64,000 nt of DNA from Candidatus Saccharicenans sp. (GCA_035416665.1 DAOLNQ010000010.1:1228-65227); one strand, 5' to 3'. Positions 51,233 through 60,034 are shown, numbered from the stretch's first letter. Made by a program: numbers and translations. Notes: generated by a model not told the origin, from the sequence alone.

Positions 51233-52400
51233 GGCTACCTCTCTTTTTGATTTTTTCCAAAGACAGAAGAATGACCTTCTTCAGCGGCAGGTTCAGAGCC
51301 TCGGCTGCCCGCCGGCAATCCTCATATTCAGGCTGAATATTTATTCTTTCCTTCCCCAGGAAGGCTTCTTTAATTCTGATTCTGTGCGAGCCGAGTTTGA
51401 CTTCGGTTATTGTCCTCTGTAAAGTCCTGCGGGCCACAGGAAAATACCTCAGCCCGATGGTCGTTGTTTCCCGGAAAATAGCCTCAATCAGGGTTTCTAT
51501 TTTATCAGCCTCAACCAGCACGGTCAATTTCGTTCCCGGGCGGCTTTTTTTCATCACAACCGGCGTCAGATAAGTTTCGAGTGCCCCTGAATTAAGGGCT
51601 TTATCCAGAAAATGGCCAAGAACTTGAGGCGAAGAGTCGTCGATAGTTGCTTCTATTTGAAAGACAGTCGCAGGCAGTTTGGACGATTTTAACTCGCCAT
51701 AGAAAGAACGCAGAACATTGGGTTGCAATTGAAGTTCTTTCTGGCCAAGGCCATACCCGACTTGATCGTAAGTGAGCTGGGGCCATTCTGTCCAGCACTC
51801 TCCGAGAGTGGTCAGAATCGCTGCCCCGGTAGGGGTCAGAAGTTCCGTCTGCTCTCCGCTCCTATAGACCGGATAACCTTTCATCAATTCGGCCACGGCC
51901 GGAGCAGGCACCGGTAAGAGGCCATGACTTGTTTTGATAAAACCGCTGCCGAGGTTAACCGGGGAAAAATAAACCCGGTCAACTTCGAGCCGCTGGAGCA
52001 GCCAGCAACTGCCTGTAATATCCACCAGAGCATCATCAGCTGCTGCCTCATGCAGATGAGTTCGGACAAAACCTGTGCCGTGAACCCGGCTTTCGGCTTG
52101 AAAAAGCCGCCGGAAAATCTGGATAGCCTTAGCTTTTATCTCTGCCTCCAGTCTGGAGCGGTTGATAACCTTCCTGACCTCCTCAAAATTTCGGGGTGAT
52201 GACTGGCCGGAGGTTATGACCTCAACTCTGGTGCCGACCAGGCCCTGCGCTTTTCCTCTGCTCACCTTGATTTCAACCGGGAGTTTCAATCCCTGGATGG
52301 CCTGCTGGAATTCTTCGACCGGAATCCCCAGAGAGAGCAGAGAAGCCAGGATCATATCGCCGCTGGCCCCGCTGGAACAGTCGAAATAAATATATTTCAT
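51210..52400 (-). CDS. larC: LarC-family nickel insertion protein (DUF111, nickel-pincer cofactor biosynthesis)
   Basis: 396 aa. N-terminal [18 protein letters not shown]. Its 3' end overlaps folE by 23 nt. Confidence 0.8.
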   Translation of the reverse strand: MKYIYFDCSSGASGDMILASLLSLGIPVEEFQQAIQGLKLPVEIKVSRGKAQGLVGTRVEVITSGQSSPRNFEEVRKVINRSRLEAEIKAKAIQIFRRLFQAESRVHGTGFVRTHLHEAAADDALVDITGSCWLLQRLEVDRVYFSPVNLGSGFIKTSHGLLPVPAPAVAELMKGYPVYRSGEQTELLTPTGAAILTTLGECWTEWPQLTYDQVGYGLGQKELQLQPNVLRSFYGELKSSKLPATVFQIEATIDDSSPQVLGHFLDKALNSGALETYLTPVVMKKSRPGTKLTVLVEADKIETLIEAIFRETTTIGLRYFPVARRTLQRTITEVKLGSHRIRIKEAFLGKERINIQPEYEDCRRAAEALNLPLKKVILLSLEKIKKRGSHDSQQNK

Positions 52401-52531
52401 AATTTATTACCCTTAAAATATTGATAACAGCATAGCCTTTTGCCACAAAAAAATCAAAATATCTTGACTGAATAACGGCATAAATAGTATAGATTAGCTT
52501 TAAGAAGAAGCTAAATAAGAGGTAGTTAAAA

Positions 52532-53410
52532 ATGAATCAGAAAGAATTACCCGAGGTCAACATTGGCATTCTGGGGGGGACTGGTCTCTATCAGATTGAT
52601 GGCTTGCGTCAGGCTCGCGAAATTTCTTTAGATACCCCCTTCGGCCCGCCATCCGATAGCTATATCGTTGGTGAACTGGAAGGGATGACGGTGGCTTTCT
52701 TGAGCCGTCATGGGCGGGGTCACCGTTATATGCCATCTGAAGTCAACTATCGGGCGAATTTCTTTGGTTTTAAGTTGCTGGGCGTCAAAAGAGTAATTTC
52801 GGTTAACTCCGTTGGCTCACTTAAGGAAGAAATAAAGCCCAGGGATATTGTTCTGGCTGATCAGTTTTTTGACCGGACGAGACGTCCCAACACCTTCTTT
52901 GGGCAAGGGCTGGTGGCTCATATCAGCCTGGCCCATCCGGTCTGCCCGGTTTTATCCAGGCATGTTTACCAGGTAGCCAGAGAGCTTGACCTGACCGTTC
53001 ATCCGGCAGGGACTTATGTCTGCATTGAGGGCCCGGCCTTTTCGACCGTCGCTGAGTCTAAGGTTTATCGTCAGTTTGGAGCCGATGTAATCGGGATGAC
53101 TGCTGCGACTGAAGCCAGACTGGCCAGGGAAGCGGAAATGTGTTATGTCACCCTGAATCTGGTCACTGATTATGATGTCTGGAAAAGCCAGGAAGAGTCG
53201 GTGACTGTCGAGCTGGTTCTGGCCAATCTTCAGGCTAATATTGCCAACGCCAAGAATATCATCAAAAAAGCACTGGCCTCGATTGATCAGCTTGAAGGTG
53301 AAAAGTGTGATTGCCAGGAAGGACTTAAAAACACCATCATCACTGCCCCCCAGGCCAGAGATCCCCAGACGGTGAAAAATTTGTGGCCGCTTATTGGTAA
53401 GTACCTGTAA
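52532..53410 (+). CDS. mtnP: S-methyl-5'-thioadenosine phosphorylase
   Basis: 292 aa, PNP/MTAP family (IGILGGTGLY, FLSRHGRGH, YVCIEGPAFST, GMT). Confidence 0.88.
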   Translation: MNQKELPEVNIGILGGTGLYQIDGLRQAREISLDTPFGPPSDSYIVGELEGMTVAFLSRHGRGHRYMPSEVNYRANFFGFKLLGVKRVISVNSVGSLKEEIKPRDIVLADQFFDRTRRPNTFFGQGLVAHISLAHPVCPVLSRHVYQVARELDLTVHPAGTYVCIEGPAFSTVAESKVYRQFGADVIGMTAATEARLAREAEMCYVTLNLVTDYDVWKSQEESVTVELVLANLQANIANAKNIIKKALASIDQLEGEKCDCQEGLKNTIITAPQARDPQTVKNLWPLIGKYL

Positions 53411-53422
53411 ACGAGGCCAGCT

Positions 53423-54322
53423 TTGAATCTGGTCATTGTTGGTTCGGTAGCCTTTGACACCATTGAAACACCAGCTGGCCGACGGGATCGAATTCCCGGA
53501 GGTTCTGGGACTTATGCCTCTGTAGCCGCCAGTTTTTTTACCAGACCCGGGCTGGTTTCGATAGTTGGCCAGGATTTTCCGCGATCCATTCTGGCCCTCC
53601 TCCGTTCAAGAGATATTGATTTAGCCGGGCTCAAAATAAAAAAGGGAAAAACTTTAGCCTGGCATGGACTGTATGCTGCTGATCCCAATCAGCGGACCAC
53701 TCTCAGGACCGAACTCAATGTCTGGCAGGATTTCCGGCCAGTTATCCCTGCCAGTTACCGGCGGGCAGACATCATTTTTCTTTCCAATCTTGATCCCGAC
53801 AGCCACGATTATATTCTGTCTCAAATGAAGGGGGTTAAACTGGTGGCCATGGATACTATTCGTTACTGGATCGAAACCAAGCCAGAGGCTCTTTTCCAGG
53901 CAATCCAGAAGGTAGATATTTTGTTCGCTAATGAAGAAGAGGCACGCCTTTTGAGCAGTGAATTCAATCTGGTCAGGGCTGGCCGCCAGCTTCAGTCTTC
54001 TGGCCCAAAAATAATTATTGTCAAGAAAGGGGAGCATGGGGCCATGGTTTTTGGCCGTAATTTTGTCTTCAGCGTGGTGGCCAATCCGTGTGAGAACGTA
54101 GTTGATCCAACAGGAGCTGGAGATGCCTTTGCCGGTGCTTTCCTTGGCTACCTGGCCAGCCTTGGGAAATTTAACCGCCGTGAGATAAAAAAGGCAGCTG
54201 TCTATGGCAATCTGGTTGCTTCTCTGGCTATTGAAGATTTTGGTCTGTCCGGTTTGCTTCGGGCTTCAGAGCTTGATCTCATCCAGAGATATAAGAATTT
54301 TAAAAAAATCGTTTCATTCTAA
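53423..54322 (+). CDS. PfkB-family carbohydrate/nucleoside kinase
   Basis: 299 aa, TTG start. GGSGTYASV and DPTGAGDAFAGAF. Confidence 0.8.
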   Translation: MNLVIVGSVAFDTIETPAGRRDRIPGGSGTYASVAASFFTRPGLVSIVGQDFPRSILALLRSRDIDLAGLKIKKGKTLAWHGLYAADPNQRTTLRTELNVWQDFRPVIPASYRRADIIFLSNLDPDSHDYILSQMKGVKLVAMDTIRYWIETKPEALFQAIQKVDILFANEEEARLLSSEFNLVRAGRQLQSSGPKIIIVKKGEHGAMVFGRNFVFSVVANPCENVVDPTGAGDAFAGAFLGYLASLGKFNRREIKKAAVYGNLVASLAIEDFGLSGLLRASELDLIQRYKNFKKIVSF

Positions 54323-54384
54323 GGGTCAAAATATAATAAAATCTTCATATTGAGTTTGGAAATAATTTTTTGGGGGTGGAAGAT

Positions 54385-55773
54385 ATGAACATAAAAAATC
54401 TAAGACCGCCGCTTGAACCTTTCCGCATTAAGACCGTGGAAAGGATTAAGCCGACCAGCCGCCGGGAAAGAGAAAACATTCTGAAAGAGGCTGGCTTTAA
54501 TGTCTTCAATATTCCGGCTGAAAAAGTCTTAATTGACCTGCTGACTGATTCTGGCACCTCAGCGATGAGTGATCAACAATGGGCTGGTTTGATGGTTGGT
54601 GATGAGTCTTACGCTGGAGCCAGAAGTTTCTATCACTTCGAAGCAGCCGTTAAAAACATCTTTTGCTTTAAACATGTTATTCCGGCTCATCAGGGCCGGG
54701 CGGCAGAAAGAATTCTGTTCGGGGCTATGGTCAAAAAGGGAGATTTTGTCCCGAGCAATAATCATTTTGATACCACCAGGGCTAATATCGAAGCCAGAGA
54801 AGCTTCAGCTGTTGACCTGGTCATCGATGAAGCCTATGATCCTGATTCTGATTTTCCGTTTAAGGGTGATCTGGACACGATCAAGCTTAAAAAGTTTATT
54901 GAAAAAAAGGGAACCAAAAAGATACCGCTGGCCATGCTGACCATAACCAATAACAGTGGTGGCGGTCAGCCGGTTTCACTTAAAAATATTAAAGAGGTCA
55001 GTCAGATCTGCAAGCAGCACAAAATCCCGCTTTTCTTTGATGCCTGCCGTTTTGCTGAGAATGCTTATTTTATTAAAAAACGTGAGAAGGGCTATGAGAA
55101 TAAAAGTATTCTGGAAATAGCTCAGGAGATTTTTTCCTATGGCCAGGGAGCGACGATGAGTGCCAAAAAGGATGCCCTGGTTAACATTGGCGGTTTTGTC
55201 ACTCTGGATGATGACCAGCTGGCGGAGAAGATCAAAAATTTATTAATTTTAGGCGAGGGCTTCCCAACTTATGGAGGACTGGCCGGACGCGATCTGGAGG
55301 CTATAGCTCGCGGGCTGGAGGAGGTGCTGGAAGAGGATTATCTTGATTACCGGGTCGGTCAGGTGGCTTACCTTGGACAATTGCTTGATCAGGCCGGTGT
55401 ACCGGTGCTCAAGCCATTTGGCGGTCATGCCATTTACCTTTTAGCCGATCGTTTCTTATCCCATATTCCGAGGCATCAATATCCGGGCTGGGCTCTGACC
55501 GTAGCTCTTTACCGGCAAGCCGGTATCAGAACATCAGAAATCGGGGCAGTGATGTTTGCCAAAAAGGATCCAAAGACGGGCGGTGAAATTTACCCCAGGC
55601 TGGAGCTGGTGCGCCTGGCTATACCGCGGCGGGTTTATACCAGTGCTCAGATTGAATATGTGGCTGACTCAATCATTAAATTGTATGAAAAGCGGGAAGA
55701 AGTGCGGGGAATGAGAATTGTCCGCGAATCTCCGCAGCTAAGGCATTTCACCATCAGGATGGAAGAAGTCTAA
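54385..55773 (+). CDS. tnaA: tryptophanase / beta-eliminating lyase family (Trp or Tyr indole/phenol-lyase)
   Basis: EPFRIKTVE, DLLTDSGT and SAKKD (PLP lysine). ATG 54385 has GGTGGA 7 nt upstream. The ORF track's TTG 54370 is less likely. Confidence 0.85.
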   Translation: MNIKNLRPPLEPFRIKTVERIKPTSRRERENILKEAGFNVFNIPAEKVLIDLLTDSGTSAMSDQQWAGLMVGDESYAGARSFYHFEAAVKNIFCFKHVIPAHQGRAAERILFGAMVKKGDFVPSNNHFDTTRANIEAREASAVDLVIDEAYDPDSDFPFKGDLDTIKLKKFIEKKGTKKIPLAMLTITNNSGGGQPVSLKNIKEVSQICKQHKIPLFFDACRFAENAYFIKKREKGYENKSILEIAQEIFSYGQGATMSAKKDALVNIGGFVTLDDDQLAEKIKNLLILGEGFPTYGGLAGRDLEAIARGLEEVLEEDYLDYRVGQVAYLGQLLDQAGVPVLKPFGGHAIYLLADRFLSHIPRHQYPGWALTVALYRQAGIRTSEIGAVMFAKKDPKTGGEIYPRLELVRLAIPRRVYTSAQIEYVADSIIKLYEKREEVRGMRIVRESPQLRHFTIRMEEV

Positions 55774-55781
55774 AATAAAAA

Positions 55782-55821
55782 GATAAGAGGAGAAGAGAGA
55801 CAACGCTCTTCCCCTCTTATC
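55782..55821. terminator. bidirectional terminator hairpin between convergent tnaA and trpB2
   Basis: 16-bp stem with one mismatch, GATAAGAGGAGAAGAG / CTCTTCCCCTCTTATC, 8-nt loop. Flanked by an A run (upstream) and TTTTT (downstream). Confidence 0.6.
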
Positions 55822-55847
55822 CTGACTGGACTTTTTACTTACTTCTG

Positions 55848-57131
55848 TCACTTATTTTTGCGGTCATAAGCACTGATATCAAGGAAGCCATGTCCGGAAA
55901 GATTGAATAAAATATTGACCGGTTGGCCCGTCTTTTTAGCCAGAAGAGCTTCATCAATAACAGCTGCTATAGCATGAGCTGATTCTGGCGCAGGCAGAAT
56001 ACCTTCTGTCCTGAGAAAAAGTTCTGCCGCCTCGAAAACTCTGTCCTGGGGATAGGCTTTAGCTTCGACCAGTCCTTGCTTGACCAGATGGCTGACCAGC
56101 GGGGACATGCCGTGATAGCGCAAGCCGCCGGCATGAATGGCTGGAGGGATGAAGTCTTTGCCCAGAGTGTACATGTAAAGTAAAGGGGTGAGGCCAACGC
56201 TGTCGCCAAAATCATAGGTCAGTTCTCCAGCGGTAAGAGAAGGACAGACCTCTGGTTCAACAGCTAAGTATCTAGTGGCGGCTTTTTCTTTCAAATTACG
56301 TCGAACAAAGGGAAAACTTAAACCGGCAAAATTGGAGCCACCGCCAACACAACCAACAATCAGATCTGGCTCGAAACCAATTTCACGACATTGAGATTGA
56401 GCTTCGAGGCCAATGATTGACTGATGAATCATGACAGTATCAAGCACCGAGCCTAAAGAATATTTGACCTCAGGACTTTTCAGGGCTACTTCGACTGCTT
56501 CAGAAATAGCGATGCCGAGGCTGCCCGGATGATCTGGATTTTCCTGATAATATTTTCGGCCGGCATCGGTAGTTGGACTGGGGCTTTCGGTGACTTCGCC
56601 GCCAAAAAGTTGCATCATGATACGTCGGCCAGGTTTCTGGCGGAAGCTGCTTCTGACCATATAAACCCGGGCTTTAACTCCGAAAAGTGCACCAGCATAG
56701 GACAGAGCTGTGCCCCACTGTCCGGCTCCGGTCTCGGTGGAAAGAGTGGTCACTCCATCCTGACTCGCTAAATAGGCCTGCATAAGGGCAGTATTGGTCT
56801 TGTGGCTGCCGGTCGGGCTGACCCCTTCAAATTTATAGAAGATCCTGGCCGGGGTATCGAGATAAGATTCCAGTTTAGAAGCCTGGATGAGAGGAGTTGG
56901 CCGAAAAACTGAATAAGCTTCGCGCACTTTCTCAGGTATAGCCAACTCTCGCTCCAGTGAAACCTCCTGAGCGATAAAGCTTTTGGGAAAAATAGCTTCC
57001 AGATCGGAAGAATTGAGGGGTTCTCTGGTCGCCGGGTTCAGGGGTGGTGGGGGCAACTCAGGCAGATCAGCCTTTAGATTGTAAAAATTAGCTGGCAAAT
57101 GTTTTTCATGTCTTGAGGCATACCTCAACAT
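55848..57131 (-). CDS. trpB: TrpB-like PLP-dependent enzyme (tryptophan synthase beta, TrpB2 class)
   Basis: 427 aa. N-terminal extension with LPELPPPPLNP, PLP lysine in PTGSHKTN, plus TETGAGQWG and GCVGGGSNF. No trpA or other trp genes in the window. Confidence 0.88.
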   Translation of the reverse strand: MLRYASRHEKHLPANFYNLKADLPELPPPPLNPATREPLNSSDLEAIFPKSFIAQEVSLERELAIPEKVREAYSVFRPTPLIQASKLESYLDTPARIFYKFEGVSPTGSHKTNTALMQAYLASQDGVTTLSTETGAGQWGTALSYAGALFGVKARVYMVRSSFRQKPGRRIMMQLFGGEVTESPSPTTDAGRKYYQENPDHPGSLGIAISEAVEVALKSPEVKYSLGSVLDTVMIHQSIIGLEAQSQCREIGFEPDLIVGCVGGGSNFAGLSFPFVRRNLKEKAATRYLAVEPEVCPSLTAGELTYDFGDSVGLTPLLYMYTLGKDFIPPAIHAGGLRYHGMSPLVSHLVKQGLVEAKAYPQDRVFEAAELFLRTEGILPAPESAHAIAAVIDEALLAKKTGQPVNILFNLSGHGFLDISAYDRKNK

Positions 57132-57213
57132 TTTATCCTCCTTGAATTTTTTGTTGTCGAAAAATAAATAAATTAATCAGAGATTAATAAAGTGGTGGTA
57201 AAAGATAGTTCTA

Positions 57214-57231
57214 GGGCGGGTCAGTCCGCCC
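57214..57231 (-). promoter_or_regulatory. GC hairpin in the trpB2 leader overlapping the last Trp codon and the leader-ORF stop
   Basis: Minus strand GGGCGG-ACTGAC-CCGCCC, a 6 G:C/C:G pair stem. The 5' arm begins in codon W28 and the leader stop TGA is in the loop. Confidence 0.55.
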
Positions 57232-57313
57232 ACCAGAACCAGGAAAGAAGGGAAAAAGAGAGGGCAGATTGCGGGCTTAAATTGATCTCGTATAAGCTCA
57301 AATCCTTGCTCAT
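57221..57313 (-). CDS. candidate trp leader peptide (30 aa, MSKDLSLYEINLSPQSALSFSLLSWFWWAD)
   Basis: Hand translation of the minus strand. ATG at 57313, TGA at 57223-57221. TGG codons at positions 25, 27 and 28. Lies between a consensus promoter and trpB2. Below the ORF-track size cutoff. Confidence 0.6.
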   Translation of the reverse strand: MSKDLSLYEINLSPQSALSFSLLSWFWWAD

Positions 57314-57322
57314 TTCTCACTA

Positions 57323-57351
57323 ATTTTAATCATCACTATAGTGGCTGTCAA
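57323..57351 (-). promoter_or_regulatory. sigma-70 consensus-like promoter for leader ORF and trpB2
   Basis: Minus strand TTGACA (57351-57346), 17-nt spacer, TAAAAT (57328-57323). The leader ATG begins 10 nt after the -10 element. Confidence 0.55.
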
Positions 57352-57506
57352 GAGTTGGACATAAAATTTTTAAAAGCTGGCGGGAGAAATCCGTTTCATC
57401 TGATTTTAATCTGGAGCCTGACAACTTAGTTTTTAAGTAACTGTTCTCACTATATTTTGATGTAAGGAAAAAAATATATTAAGCTGGACAATGAAAGGAG
57501 AAAATT

Positions 57507-58895
57507 ATGGACAAAAAAGATCAATCGCAGCCAGATATCAACAGTCGGCGCCAATTTTTAAAGCTGGGGCTGACCGGAACAGCTGGCCTCTGGTTGACAG
57601 GAAGAAAGCTGGAAGTCAGGGGTCAGGCCAGAAAAGAAACCCCTCCAGCCGCCACTGATTATGGACCTCTGTTTACCAGCCCGCCACTCAAGGTGGTGAG
57701 GGTGGGTTTCGTCGGAGTTGGCGGTATGGGTTCTGTTCATGTCCGTAATTTTCTTAATATTGATGGGGTGGAGATTAAAGCTATCTGTGATATTGTCGAA
57801 GAAAAGGTGGCCAGAGCCCAGAAATGGGTGGAAGAAGCTGGCTTTCCCCGGCCCAGAGGTTATTCGGCCGGTCCCTGGGATTTTAAAAGAATGTGCGAGG
57901 AAGAAGACCTGGATCTGGTTTTTACCGCCACACCCTGGGAATGGCATGTTCCCGTGTGTGTCACGGCCATGAAAAATGGTAAGCATGCGGCTACAGAAGT
58001 TCCAGCCGCAGTTACGCTTGACGAGTGCTGGGAACTGGTGGAAACAGCGGAAAAATATAAGAAACACTGCCTCATGATGGAAAATTGCTGCTATGACCGC
58101 ATTGAGCTCATGAGCCTCAACATGGTCAGACGCGGATTGCTGGGCGAGATACTTCATGCTGAAGCCGGATACCTTCACGATTTGCGGGAGGTTAAATTTT
58201 CCAACGAGGGTGAAGGACTATGGCGGCGGCAGCATTCCTGGAAAAGAAACGGCAATCTGTATCCGACCCACGGCCTGGGGCCCGTGGCCCAGTGTATGAA
58301 CATCAACCGCGGCGATGCTTTCGACTACCTGGTGTCCATGAGTTCGCCTTCCCGCGGGTTGCAGCTTTATGCCCGAGAGAAGTTTGGACCGGACTCACCG
58401 CAGGCCAAAGAAAAATTCGCCCTGGGTGATGTCAACACCTCGCTGATTAGAACGAAGAATGGCAAGACCATCATCCTGATTCATGATACCAACCTGCCTC
58501 GGCCATACACTCGCATTCATCTGATTCAGGGAACCAGAGGGATTTTGCAGAAGTGGCCTGATCAGATTTATGTGGAAGGCCGGAGCCCGCAGCACCAATG
58601 GGAAGACATTGAAAAATATGCCGAAGAGTTTGAACATCCGCTGTGGAAAAAGCTCAGCCAGAAAGGTGAGGGCCGAGGCCACGGCGGCATGGATTATATC
58701 GAAGATTATCGTCTGGTTGAATGTCTGCGCACAGGAAGCCCGACGGATATGAACGTTTACGATGCGGCGGCCTGGAGTGTGGTGTCTGCCTTGAGTGAAA
58801 AATCTGTGGCCGACCGTTCCAAACCAGTTGATTTTCCAGATTTCACCCGCGGTCGCTGGAAGACAACGCCACCGCTGGGAATTATTGAAGGCTGA
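57507..58895 (+). CDS. Tat-exported Gfo/Idh/MocA-family NAD-dependent oxidoreductase (GH109-like)
   Basis: 462 aa. Twin-arginine signal SRRQFLKLG, Rossmann GFVGVGGMG and a MENCCY segment typical of GH109-like proteins. Confidence 0.7.
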   Translation: MDKKDQSQPDINSRRQFLKLGLTGTAGLWLTGRKLEVRGQARKETPPAATDYGPLFTSPPLKVVRVGFVGVGGMGSVHVRNFLNIDGVEIKAICDIVEEKVARAQKWVEEAGFPRPRGYSAGPWDFKRMCEEEDLDLVFTATPWEWHVPVCVTAMKNGKHAATEVPAAVTLDECWELVETAEKYKKHCLMMENCCYDRIELMSLNMVRRGLLGEILHAEAGYLHDLREVKFSNEGEGLWRRQHSWKRNGNLYPTHGLGPVAQCMNINRGDAFDYLVSMSSPSRGLQLYAREKFGPDSPQAKEKFALGDVNTSLIRTKNGKTIILIHDTNLPRPYTRIHLIQGTRGILQKWPDQIYVEGRSPQHQWEDIEKYAEEFEHPLWKKLSQKGEGRGHGGMDYIEDYRLVECLRTGSPTDMNVYDAAAWSVVSALSEKSVADRSKPVDFPDFTRGRWKTTPPLGIIEG

Positions 58896-59889
58896 GCGGC
58901 AATTTGGTCTTTTTCTTTTTTCTTTCTTTTAACTGGAAGTAGCTCAGGCACAGAAGACCAATCCCGGCATAAATAAGAGCAATAACTCTTCGCACGAGCG
59001 AGAGAGAAACTCCCTTTTCCGGGCTCAAGCCAAGCAGCACAAAAACAGCCACGTTGGTCAGCTCATTAATGCCCAGAGCTCCGGGTATGGCCGGGATGAC
59101 GGCGGCAATGGTCGTCAGAGTGATAATCAGAAAACTTTTAAGCGGGGTCACGCCGGGTGTGTCCATGTAGGCCAGAGTCAGGTAGATTTCATAGGTCCAG
59201 ATGAAAAAGGTTAAAGCGTAAAAAACATAGGCTTTTAAAAATAACTTGGGATGATGACGGTAATAATTGGAAATGTGATGGTCCAGTTCAACAATTTTTT
59301 CCTGCGAACGCTGGATAATCCTGGGCTTGATTTTTATCTTGGCCAGAAGCTTTACCAGCCAGGTGAAGAATCCCTTTTTTTGTTTTATAACTAAGAAAAA
59401 GAGGAAAATGGCGGCCCCAAAGGAAAAAGTCAGAAAAACCACTTTCATTTTCCCCGGCATCTTTATACGGCTGATGGCGACAATCACCCCGATGATAGTA
59501 AAGGATAAGATGGACACCAGTTCAATGGTCTTGTCTACGATGACCGTGGCCAGAGCTCGACGCCGGTTGGTGCCAGGTGTCATCATGGCCCGGACTGGTT
59601 CTCCACCAAACAGGTTAGAAGGGGTCAGGTAGCTTATGGCGTGGTCGGCCAGGCGGGCGGAAAGAAGAGCCGAGAAGGGATATTTTTTATCCTGGTCATC
59701 AATAATTAATTTCCAGTTGATAGTCCGAGAAATCCAGTAAATCAGCCTTAAAGCCATCAGAATGAGAAAATTGACCAGACTGATAGCCCGGAAGTCGTTG
59801 ATGATCTGACGCAGGCCCGTCTTGTAAATTACCAGAATAAACAGCAGCAGGCCAATCAGCAACGAAATGTTGAGAAACTTCCTGGCCAA
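58882..59889 (-). CDS. flippase-like / lysyl-PG-synthase-TM-domain (UPF0104) family membrane protein
   Basis: 335 aa, about 8 TM helices, TTG start. The 3' end overlaps the convergent oxidoreductase gene by 14 nt. Confidence 0.55.
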   Translation of the reverse strand: MARKFLNISLLIGLLLFILVIYKTGLRQIINDFRAISLVNFLILMALRLIYWISRTINWKLIIDDQDKKYPFSALLSARLADHAISYLTPSNLFGGEPVRAMMTPGTNRRRALATVIVDKTIELVSILSFTIIGVIVAISRIKMPGKMKVVFLTFSFGAAIFLFFLVIKQKKGFFTWLVKLLAKIKIKPRIIQRSQEKIVELDHHISNYYRHHPKLFLKAYVFYALTFFIWTYEIYLTLAYMDTPGVTPLKSFLIITLTTIAAVIPAIPGALGINELTNVAVFVLLGLSPEKGVSLSLVRRVIALIYAGIGLLCLSYFQLKERKKKKTKLPLSLQ

Positions 59890-59999
59890 ATTAACTTCTC
59901 CGATCCAGGCCTCTATTATTTTTATGGCCCGGCTTTATAGCCAAGAATTTTATCACAGCCGGCCATCTTTTTGAAACGTTTGAGCCAGAAACATGAGTC

Positions 60000-60028
60000 T
60001 TGACTTGGCCAGTGGCTTTCTCTATAAT
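60000..60028 (+). promoter_or_regulatory. near-consensus sigma-70 promoter for the TetR/efflux operon
   Basis: TTGACT (60000-60005), 17-nt spacer, TATAAT (60023-60028). ATG 60035 lies 7 nt downstream. Confidence 0.55.
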
Positions 60029-60034
60029 AAAACT

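Noticed and set aside
52455-52490. TTGACT...TAGTAT/TATAGA promoter for mtnP
   Set aside because: The spacer would be 15 or 18 nt depending on which -10 hexamer is chosen. It is plausible but too ambiguous to list as a feature.
57132-57320. T-box riboswitch or TRAP-binding leader upstream of trpB2
   Set aside because: The leader has GGTGG but not the T-box consensus (..GGGTGGTACCGCG..), and I found no recognisable Stem I or specifier loop. The GAG triplets near the 5' end are only four and irregularly spaced, unlike the ~11 closely spaced (G/U)AG repeats TRAP needs. The leader-peptide model fits better.
59974-59981. AAACGTTT palindrome upstream of the TetR promoter as an operator
   Set aside because: It is only 8 bp and AT-rich, so it is easily a chance occurrence. 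It lies upstream of the -35 rather than overlapping the promoter. It cannot be supported without comparative data.
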